Origin: Eubacteriales bacterium
GTDB taxonomy: Bacteria > Bacillota > Clostridia > Oscillospirales > QAKW01
Length of the DNA: 64,000 nucleotides
Reading direction: 5' to 3'
Assembly: GCA_045539335.1 (NCBI GenBank)
Contig: JAZQFD010000025.1
Location: 35,545 to 99,544, forward strand
The translations under genes and the position numbers were made by a program. This document shows positions 49,911 through 57,201 of this stretch, piece by piece. The notes beneath the pieces were generated by a model. It saw nothing but the letters and a program-made list of their open reading frames with translations, was not told the DNA's origin and did no database searches. How positions within the stretch are numbered: position 1 is the first letter of the stretch; the number at the start of each line of letters is the position of its first letter.

Positions 49911-49927
49911 CGATAAATTGGAATTTG
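49911..49927. repeat. 17-bp site CGATAAATTGGAATTTG (inverted partner of 50348-50364)
   Basis: Its reverse complement is 15/17 identical to 50348-50364; lies 5 bp beyond the GNAT stop. Confidence 0.7.
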
Positions 49928-49932
49928 CTGAT

Positions 49933-50335
49933 TTATGTCCATAGCGATGTTGTAAACATTGGCGAAGCATCTTTGCTTTTTTCAAAGCCACACGCTTCGT
50001 AAAACTGTAACTCATCATCATAAGCGACAACTACAATACGCATATAATCTTTATACTTTTCTTTTACCATACTTACAAGAGTTCTTCCGATCGTTTTGCC
50101 GTGATAATCAGGATCAACAAGAAGATAATGAACATGCATTCATTATTCCATCATCCATAACACATACCATTCCAACAAGTTTACTCCTATCCCAAGCAGA
50201 GTAAACCGTATTAAAATTTTTCATTGCAACCACAAGCTTATCGGGAAAATGTCCCGACGACCATTCAACAGATAAAAACAGTCTTTCTAAATCTTCTTGC
50301 TCAAAATTATGAATGTCTTTATATTCAATGTTCAT
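49933..50335 (-). pseudogene. GNAT family N-acetyltransferase, frameshifted
   Basis: ORFs 50114-50335 and 49933-50139 join as ..DDGIMNA(Y)VHYLLVDPDYHGKTIG..FYEACGF if 2 nt are restored near 50135; AT-rich. Confidence 0.8.
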
Positions 50336-50347
50336 ATTTTACCTCGT

Positions 50348-50364
50348 CAAATTCTTATTTATCG
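50348..50364. repeat. 17-bp site CAAATTCTTATTTATCG (inverted partner of 49911-49927)
   Basis: Lies between an extended -10 (TGCTATAAT, minus strand) and the GAGGT RBS of the GNAT gene. Confidence 0.7.
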
Positions 50365-50588
50365 GTTCGTTATATTATAGCACGACTTGACTAACAAAGA
50401 AAGGAAATATTAAAAACACCCATAGTTTTTTAAAAAACTATGGGTGTTTTCGTATTTTGTTGTACTGTCCCTTACTGTACGACTCTTACCCCTTGCGCTG
50501 TTTTTTTACCCTCCTCAACATATTTAACATACACATTATCGCCTCCATGCAAACAAAGGGCATTACCTAATCCAAAGCGCTGGTCGCC

Positions 50589-50735
50589 AATACAAATGAA
50601 TTGTATCGATCAAAACAAAATTCCGCTCTTTAATACAAATGAATTGTATCGATCAAAGCAAAGCTTTGTTCTTAATACAAATGAATTGTGTCGATCAAAA
50701 CAAAACTCTGCTCTTTAATACAAATGATTTGTGTC
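50589..50735. repeat. Tandem array of 4 palindromic ATACAA-N5-TTGTRT sites, 42-43 bp period
   Basis: AATACAAATGAWTTGTRTC at 50589, 50632, 50674, 50717 with related spacers. Confidence 0.9.
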
Positions 50736-50741
50736 GGAGGA

Positions 50742-50770
50742 TTGCGTTTTTGGGGGCGGCGGTGTATAAT
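50742..50770 (+). promoter_or_regulatory. SigA-type promoter of the XRE-lipoprotein operon
   Basis: TTGCGT-17 bp-TATAAT with TG extension; GGAGGT RBS at 50781. Confidence 0.6.
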
Positions 50771-50792
50771 GAAGAAAAAAGGAGGTGCTGAT

Positions 50793-51098
50793 ATGGCGGC
50801 AAAGATCTTCAGCAAACGGTTAAAACAATTGCGGCTTGAAAAAGGCGTCACTCAAAAACAAATGAGCCAAGACCTGCGGATGGCAGACAGCTATATTTAT
50901 AATATTGAAGCAGAATACGCCTATCCCTCCATGACTCAGTTTTTTGCCATTTGCGAGTATCTGGACATCTTGCCCTCCGATTTTTTGCAATTTGAGCCGG
51001 AGACTTCGGCTAAAGAGGATGAATTATTGGATGCCGTGAAGGGTTTTAGCAATGAGAAGATGGATCGGCTGATCTGCATAGCAAAGGAGTTGCAATAA
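50793..51098 (+). CDS. XRE family helix-turn-helix regulator
   Basis: RLKQLRLEKGVTQKQMS..YIYNIE..PS..ICEYL. Confidence 0.88.
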   Translation: MAAKIFSKRLKQLRLEKGVTQKQMSQDLRMADSYIYNIEAEYAYPSMTQFFAICEYLDILPSDFLQFEPETSAKEDELLDAVKGFSNEKMDRLICIAKELQ

Positions 51099-51986
51099 AT
51101 GAGAAAACTCTTCTGGGCACTGATCACGGTGCTTTTATTAACATCGGTGGGCGGGTGTGCGCCCAAGGGAAAGGAAGAAATTGCCCAAGCCGATTCGGTG
51201 GCAGAAGGGGAAGCCCTTTATGAAAAATTAAAATCGGAGCTGGAGTCCTCTCATTCCTTAACCGCTTTTTCAGAGGAGGCCACTCACCTGATCCCCACCC
51301 CCGAGTTGGACTTTCATAGCTGGGGGCAAGGAGGTTGGACCGACGGGGAATTCTATTATCAAGCCTTTGTGTGGCGGCATGATGAAAGCAACCAAGAAGA
51401 AAACAAGGTAACCATCGTTAAATTCGACCTTGCCAAGGATGAGGTGGTAAAGCAATCGGAGATCCTCCCTTTAAACCATTGCAATGATATTACCTACGAT
51501 TCCAAGCACAACCGCTTGATTTTGGTTCATAATAAGCCCAACTGGCGCAAGCTGACCTTTATGGATCCCGATACTTTAGAGGTGCTGGGCACCCATACCA
51601 TCGACGATCAGATCTTCGGCATGGACTATGATGCCGCCAATGATCGCTATTGCATCGGTATCAGCTCCGGCTATCCCACCTTTCGGGAACTGGACAGCGA
51701 CTTTTTTGCCACCGGTCAGATCCATAAAACCCTTTCGGAAAGCAATGAATTTGTGCGGCAGACGGTGGCTTGTACTAAGGATTTTATCTTCCATCTTTAC
51801 CACCTGCCCAGTTATATTTATGTTTACGATTGGGAGGGCAATTTTGTTACCAAAATCGATTTTATGGGCAAGGGCTATGAGCCGGAAAACCTCAGCGTGG
51901 TGGGAGATACCATCTATGTGTCGGTGAATGATGCCAAAAAGGCTGGCTGTCATATTATCGAATTGAAGGATTTTGTTCCCTTCTAA
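51099..51986 (+). CDS. Lipoprotein, possibly beta-propeller fold
   Basis: Lipobox VGGC; beta-rich repeats (QGGWTDG, HCNDITYD, EPENL); abuts the XRE stop. Confidence 0.7.
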   Translation: MRKLFWALITVLLLTSVGGCAPKGKEEIAQADSVAEGEALYEKLKSELESSHSLTAFSEEATHLIPTPELDFHSWGQGGWTDGEFYYQAFVWRHDESNQEENKVTIVKFDLAKDEVVKQSEILPLNHCNDITYDSKHNRLILVHNKPNWRKLTFMDPDTLEVLGTHTIDDQIFGMDYDAANDRYCIGISSGYPTFRELDSDFFATGQIHKTLSESNEFVRQTVACTKDFIFHLYHLPSYIYVYDWEGNFVTKIDFMGKGYEPENLSVVGDTIYVSVNDAKKAGCHIIELKDFVPF

Positions 51987-52045
51987 AAGAAAGGGGGACA
52001 CTCTGTAAAGAAGTGCTCTCCCTTCTTTCTTTTTACATAAAAATT

Positions 52046-52322
52046 GACACTTTCAAATTGAAAGTGTCATAGTGGGTTCCATACTTTTAAATTATACATC
52101 CAAAATGAATCGGGCGATATTGTGAGACGGGTCTCACAGCGATATTTTCTTTTGAAAAAGAAAGCGATATAAAAGCCTTTGGCTTTTGCGATATTATATT
52201 CGTGCTCTTTCGCACGGCGCAAGCCGTATATCGTGCGGTTTACCGCATATCGCAACGAATGTTATATCGTTCGGGCGAAGCACGAATATAGTTGTGGCAC
52301 CTTCCTTAAGGAAGGTGCCACA
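52046..52322. repeat. Multi-hairpin heptamer element, copy D (inverted relative to A)
   Basis: 4x GCGATAT from 52114, ATATCGY repeats, long stem 52195-52206 / 52279-52290, terminal TGTGGCACCTTCC..GGAAGGTGCCACA, tail shared with copy A. Confidence 0.85.
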
Positions 52323-52334
52323 AAGGGCGTCATT

Positions 52335-52667
52335 TTATTTTACTTTAAAGACCCGCAGGGGCTTGCCCTGCTTTTTGCAGTTTTCAATCACAAAGCGGGT
52401 GCCTCGGGACTCCCCGTCCCAAAAGGCCAGCACCTGATCGGCATAGTCGATAATGGTTAGGTTTCGCCTAAGAGGCGCTCCTCTGCCGAATTGCTCATAA
52501 TCGGGCAAAAATTCCGTCAGCTTCAGTCCGTGGGCTTGGGCGTAGCGGCGGGCGCATTGGTCGATGCCCCGGGCGCCGCCGGAGACGATCTCGGTAACCT
52601 CTTTGGGCAGATAGGGAGAAAAATCCTCTACCGAAAGACCCCGAGAGCCGATGATGGCCACTTTCAT
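52335..52667 (-). CDS. SLOG superfamily (YspA/DUF2493-like) protein
   Basis: IIGSR, IVSGGARGID, GAPLRRN, AFWDGESRGT. Confidence 0.8.
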   Translation of the reverse strand: MKVAIIGSRGLSVEDFSPYLPKEVTEIVSGGARGIDQCARRYAQAHGLKLTEFLPDYEQFGRGAPLRRNLTIIDYADQVLAFWDGESRGTRFVIENCKKQGKPLRVFKVK

Positions 52668-53782
52668 TTTTGGTCGCCTACCTTTAAGGTATAGTCGCCT
52701 AAAATGGTACCGTCGGCTTCATTGATCACCGCATGGATTTCGTTTTCCGAGATGGTATAGGCGGTTCCCGCCAGCGCCAAAGAGGCTTTTTTCAAGGGCT
52801 TACCGCCCACAATGATGGGGCAGAACTGACCCAATTGATCCAGCTCGCCGCCCTTTTCAAACAGACCCACCTTATGGGTGTGCCCCGCAATAAAGAGCTC
52901 CGGCTGAATATGCTCCCCGATCAGTTGGCACCACTCGGTATAGAGCTCCTGCTCAATGTCAAAGGGCGGGGGAGAAACATGGCTGAAGGGGGCGTGGCAG
53001 ACCACAAATTTATGCTGTACGCCGGGGGCGTTGTATTCCTCGTCGGCTCGGGCGATCACCTCTTTGATAAATTCCGTTTGCGCCAAGCGGAAGGGATGGT
53101 AGCAGGAGGTATGGCCGTAGGCTTCATAAGAATCGTCCTTATCCTCGCCGCAATCCAGGCAGATGCCCCAAATGTCGCCCAAGCGGAAGGTATAATAGGT
53201 GCGACCCTCCCGATGGGGGCAGTATTCCCCGAAATGCTCCCCGTAGAAGCCTCGGGTATCGTGGTTTCCTCGGGTGAAGATGGAGGGCATCTCGCCCTTG
53301 CCCAAGGTGCCGGAAAGGCGCAGCATCTCTAAAAGATATTCCCGCTCGCCGCTATGATTGGGAATGTCGCCGTTTAAAATAAGGCCGTCGTATTGAGGCA
53401 TATGTCCTGCCGCCTCAATGGCCAGATCGATGCAATCATGCACATCGGAAAGATGATAAAACCGAGCGGTGCCCGAAGGGATGGGGCGGAAGGTGTAGGG
53501 AATCTCCACCGTATCCTCCGAAGGAGGATCATAGGGCGGCCGCTCCGGCATATGGCGGTAGCAAACGGTATAACCGCCGGCGGCATCCAGCTTTTCTTGG
53601 GGCACGTACACCCGATGCACCTTGCAATCGGTTTTCATTACGCCGGCAAATTGATCATAATAGGTCTCCTCACCCACCTTTACCCAAAAGAGGGTGGGCA
53701 CATCAAAGGGAACCATGATCTGATATTCCCGATCGAAAATATAAACAGTAGGGGGATAGAGCATATGATTCGGTGTGTTCAT
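52664..53782 (-). CDS. Calcineurin-like metallophosphoesterase
   Basis: SDVH, NGD, RGNHD, H, GHTH motifs. Confidence 0.88.
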   Translation of the reverse strand: MNTPNHMLYPPTVYIFDREYQIMVPFDVPTLFWVKVGEETYYDQFAGVMKTDCKVHRVYVPQEKLDAAGGYTVCYRHMPERPPYDPPSEDTVEIPYTFRPIPSGTARFYHLSDVHDCIDLAIEAAGHMPQYDGLILNGDIPNHSGEREYLLEMLRLSGTLGKGEMPSIFTRGNHDTRGFYGEHFGEYCPHREGRTYYTFRLGDIWGICLDCGEDKDDSYEAYGHTSCYHPFRLAQTEFIKEVIARADEEYNAPGVQHKFVVCHAPFSHVSPPPFDIEQELYTEWCQLIGEHIQPELFIAGHTHKVGLFEKGGELDQLGQFCPIIVGGKPLKKASLALAGTAYTISENEIHAVINEADGTILGDYTLKVGDQK

Positions 53783-53848
53783 AAAAAACTCCTTCTGCTT
53801 TAATGCGTGGCAGGCTCGACTCTCCACGCATTAAACAGTATACCACAC

Positions 53849-54820
53849 TCAGCCGAAAAAAGGAAGAAGCAAAAAGAGTTTTGTAAAGAAAAAGGCCAAA
53901 AGCCCGCAGGCGGGAAAGGTCAGCAGCCATGCAAGCGCCATGGAGCGGGCGATGGCGCCGTCCACTTTTCCTTGAGGGTGCCCCAAGGCGGCGCCCATCA
54001 TGGCGCAGGTCTTGGCATGAGTGGTACTGACGGGAAGCCCCTGCAGGGTGGAGAGCAAAAGGCTGGCCGCTCCCGCCAGATCGGCGGCAAAGCCCTCTTT
54101 GGGGGAAAGCTGCACCAGCTCATTGCCCACCTTTCGAATGATCCGCCCACCGCCGCAGAGAGTACCCATCCCCATAACGGCACTGCAAAGAACCATGGTG
54201 GCAGAAGGGATGGCCTCGCCGCTCACCACCAAAAGGGCGGCAAATTTGGGGGTGTCCTGAAGACCGTGGGCAAAGGCCATAAAGGCGGCGGCCACCCGTT
54301 GCCCCTTTTTCCAAAAGGCAGGGGAGGGGGTGCGCTTTTGAAAGTAGGCGGAGATGGCCCAGCCTCCCAAAAAGCCAAAGACCACCGAAAAAACCAGTCC
54401 CACCAAAACCTTTAAAAGGGCCACCGTGGAGATTCCGCCTGCATTCAGCGCCAAGGCGCCGCCCATCAGCGCCGCCATCAGCCCATGGCTTTCGCTGGTG
54501 GGGATGCCAAAGACCCATGCCGCCACCGCCCAAACCACCACCGCCAAAAGGCAGGCGGAAACGGCCACCGTCCCTCGGGTGTCGGCAGGAAAATTGCCCA
54601 AAGCCCCCATGGTTCTGGCCACCTGCTGACCCATGCTTAGGGCGGCAATGCCCCCTAAAAGGTTCATAAGGGTGGCCAGCCATACCCCTTTTTTCATGGA
54701 AAAGGCGCCGCTTCCGATGGCGGAGGCAATGGCGTTGGGAGCATCGGTCCAGCCGTTTACGAATAAAACCCCCAGCACCGCCCAGGTTTGGATCACGTTC
54801 CATAAATTCAATGAGATCAC
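53849..54820 (-). CDS. pit: Inorganic phosphate transporter (PiT family)
   Basis: NGWTDAPNAIA, PTSESH, AHGLQD, PVSTTH. Confidence 0.9.
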   Translation of the reverse strand: MISLNLWNVIQTWAVLGVLFVNGWTDAPNAIASAIGSGAFSMKKGVWLATLMNLLGGIAALSMGQQVARTMGALGNFPADTRGTVAVSACLLAVVVWAVAAWVFGIPTSESHGLMAALMGGALALNAGGISTVALLKVLVGLVFSVVFGFLGGWAISAYFQKRTPSPAFWKKGQRVAAAFMAFAHGLQDTPKFAALLVVSGEAIPSATMVLCSAVMGMGTLCGGGRIIRKVGNELVQLSPKEGFAADLAGAASLLLSTLQGLPVSTTHAKTCAMMGAALGHPQGKVDGAIARSMALAWLLTFPACGLLAFFFTKLFLLLPFFG

Positions 54821-54880
54821 CTCAAAAAAGTTTATGAACGGGCGGCGATGTTAAGACCCTCTTTCCTCAACGCTGACGTC

Positions 54881-55070
54881 AATGCAATTCATTTGTATTT
54901 AAATGCGCAACAGAGCGGCGGTAATACAATTCATTTGTATTGGTGGCCGCAAACGGAGGTTTTCGATACAAATGAATTGTATCGAAGACATGAAAGGGAG
55001 GGGGGCAATACAAATGAATTGTATTGACGGATTACAATTGTGGGAGGGGTTGATACAAATAAATTGTATT
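54881..55070. repeat. Array of five 19-bp palindromic repeats with unique 23-26 nt spacers
   Basis: Repeats at 54881, 54923 (reverse orientation) and 54965, 55007, 55052 (forward); same core as the 50589 array. Confidence 0.9.
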
Positions 55071-55102
55071 GCGGGCAAAAAAAGAGAACCGCTAAGCGGT
55101 TC

Positions 55103-55273
55103 TCATAGGATTTCATAGGTAAAGTTTTCATAATGCAGGCGGGTGCCGATATCACAGCCCTCGGGGAGCAAGGCCATGGCAATAAAGAGATCTTCGGAGC
55201 ATTGCCCGCTCTCATCCCGCAAATACGCATAATCCCCTTCAATTTTGATTAAAATATAGTTTTTTTCAAACAT
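55103..55273 (-). CDS. Small hypothetical protein (DUF3006-like pattern)
   Basis: IEGDYAYL..IAMALLPEG..G..L; GGGAGG RBS; terminator hairpin ~55077-55104. Confidence 0.7.
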   Translation of the reverse strand: MFEKNYILIKIEGDYAYLRDESGQCSEDLFIAMALLPEGCDIGTRLHYENFTYEIL

Positions 55274-55347
55274 TGCAAAACTCCTCCCTTCCTTCATATG
55301 TCCACCAATAAAATGTGCCTGAAAACCGAGGATATTCTACAATAACA

Positions 55348-55836
55348 TTAGGTTTGGTCAATTCTTATATCAATAGACTTAAATTCATGTACTTTTGCGT
55401 ACGCATAACCATCTGATTTTTTTATATAATCAAAAAAATTTTCGTCAGAATCATCGCTCCACAAAGTATCTTGTAAAAAACGATTTTCTTCATCAGGAGA
55501 GAACATTATACTTACTCGTAGCTGAAAATATTCATCTTCCCCATCAGGATATTGTCTTACTAAGTCATAGTAAAACAAATCTTTCCCCGTAAAATCATAA
55601 ACACCATACTCGCTTAATAAAAGGTCTTCTTCAATAGGGGTTTTACACATTTCTTCGAATACATTTATGATTTCGTCCAACGATTTATTAATTGAAATAT
55701 TACTCTTCAAATACTCTAATAATTCCATATTATTTACCTCGTGATTTACATTTAAACTTGTATTTTCATTTAGGTTACAAGCGGAAAGTCCAAAAATCAG
55801 TATTAAACACAAGAGAAAAACTGCAATTTTCTTCAT
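55348..55836 (-). CDS. Hypothetical lipoprotein, AT-rich
   Basis: MKK..LSAC lipobox; visibly lower GC than neighbours. Confidence 0.72.
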   Translation of the reverse strand: MKKIAVFLLCLILIFGLSACNLNENTSLNVNHEVNNMELLEYLKSNISINKSLDEIINVFEEMCKTPIEEDLLLSEYGVYDFTGKDLFYYDLVRQYPDGEDEYFQLRVSIMFSPDEENRFLQDTLWSDDSDENFFDYIKKSDGYAYAKVHEFKSIDIRIDQT

Positions 55837-55883
55837 ATCATAACCGACCGTTAATGTATTCTAACATAAAAGCGGCGATAAAT

Positions 55884-56047
55884 CAATGCGAAGCATTGTA
55901 TATCATCAATTCCGCAAGGAATTGCATATCATCATTGCGAAAGAGTTTTTGATACACACCTTTGGTGTGATGAAATACAAAGGCGGTGTGCCGCCTTTGA
56001 TGATATCCAGCCTAACGGCTGATGATATGCCATTGCTTTCGCAATGG
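55884..56047. repeat. Multi-hairpin element variant F (ATATCAT/ATGATAT linkers)
   Basis: Six short hairpins linked by TATATCAT/CATATCAT then ATGAAAT/ATGATAT. Confidence 0.7.
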
Positions 56048-56049
56048 AT

Positions 56050-56084
56050 AAAAAAAGAACGAAGCATTCGCTTCGTTCTTTTTT
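56050..56084 (-). terminator. tRNA terminator
   Basis: AAAAAAGAACGAAGC-ATTC-GCTTCGTTCTTTTTT. Confidence 0.8.
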
Positions 56085-56160
56085 GGTGGAGACAACTGGA
56101 ATTGAACCAGTGACCCCTTGCATGTCAAGCAAGTACTCTAACCAGCTGAGCTATGCCTCC
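56084..56160 (-). tRNA. tRNA-Val(GAC)
   Basis: GGAGGCATAGCTCAGCTGGTTAGAGTA-CTTGC-TTGACAT-GCAAG..GGTTCAATTCC..CTCCACCA; TTGACA-17-TAGAAT promoter upstream. Confidence 0.97.
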
Positions 56161-56198
56161 ACAACGCTTAACCATTCTACTATAAGCGGTGTTTTTTG

Positions 56199-57158
56199 TC
56201 AAGCATTTTTTTGAAAGCAGATGCTCTCTCTGCGATCTAAGGCAAAGGCCATGGGTTCGGCAGAATCCAAGTCCACTTGAGAAAAGGAAACGGCGGAGAG
56301 ATTGCGGTTTTGATAGGTGGCATAGCAATAGAGCCCCTTTTGGGAATCGCAGCAGCAGGAGTAGCGGGTGATGATGGGAGAGCCCTCTTTGGAGAGGGCC
56401 ACCCCTTGGGGCACCGCCACTCCATCCAAAAGGTGAAAATAATCGGCAAGAGAAGGGGCGGCGGGGGCATGGCTTTTCATAAAGGCCGCCCGCACAAAGC
56501 GGGAGGCAGAGGACCAATCCCCCGGCAGGCCTATGGCGCCCATCCCTCGGCTATAAGGGGCAAGAAGCTCTTGGCAGGTAAAGCGATCGGCGGGGTAGGC
56601 AGAGGTTAGATTCAGATAATCGGTCAGATGGGTCATCTGATAATCAAAGGGCGGATTGTTGGTTAGAATCCCAAGGGGGTTTTCATAGATTCTAAGCCCC
56701 TCGGCAGTGGGCTCCAGGGTCAGTGCGCCCGAGGAGTCGGCAACGATCCAATGAAGGGGAGAGAGGGGATATTCTGAGGAAAAGGGCTGATCTAAAAGGT
56801 TGACCCGCAAAAGCAGCGCCTTGGCCGCCTTCAGATCGGGGCATTGCCCCAAAATCCAAGGAATCAGCTCATAAGGGGCAAGGTTATAGCGCTCCTTTTT
56901 ATGGGGCAGATACACGGCATTGCCGGCAAAAAGCAAGCCTGCCATAAAAAGCCCCCGCTCATTCATGCCATCATAAAAGAGGGGCACCCCCTTGACCATG
57001 GTGGCCATGCCCATGATGGCCAGATGGGGCTCCATGGGCGGCATGGCCTTAAAGGGGAACCGCCCCAAGCGAGGGAGAATCGCCACCTGCTCCCCATAGC
57101 CCTCATGGTGATCCAGCGTTCGACCGAATAAATTGTTGAAACAAATTGCAGTACACAT
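56199..57158 (-). CDS. Choloylglycine hydrolase / penicillin V acylase family (Ntn hydrolase)
   Basis: MCTAI (nucleophile Cys2), GRTLD, DGMNERGL, LTNNPPF, LPGDWSSASRFVRA. Confidence 0.9.
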   Translation of the reverse strand: MCTAICFNNLFGRTLDHHEGYGEQVAILPRLGRFPFKAMPPMEPHLAIMGMATMVKGVPLFYDGMNERGLFMAGLLFAGNAVYLPHKKERYNLAPYELIPWILGQCPDLKAAKALLLRVNLLDQPFSSEYPLSPLHWIVADSSGALTLEPTAEGLRIYENPLGILTNNPPFDYQMTHLTDYLNLTSAYPADRFTCQELLAPYSRGMGAIGLPGDWSSASRFVRAAFMKSHAPAAPSLADYFHLLDGVAVPQGVALSKEGSPIITRYSCCCDSQKGLYCYATYQNRNLSAVSFSQVDLDSAEPMAFALDRRESICFQKNA

Positions 57159-57201
57159 ATTCATAGTATGAAAAAACGGCGGGATTTTATCCCGCCGTTT
57201 T

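Noticed and set aside
50688..50792. N-terminal extension of the XRE ORF, and ORFs 50440-50718 and 54903-55118 with repeated IQMNCI peptides
   Set aside because: Translations of the palindrome arrays; the promoter and RBS point to the ATG at 50793
54881..55070. Bona fide CRISPR array
   Set aside because: 19-bp repeats, mixed orientation, short spacers, no leader or cas genes; kept as an unexplained array instead
55300..56160. tRNA-anchored integrative element
   Set aside because: No integrase and no duplicated tRNA 3' end seen in the window
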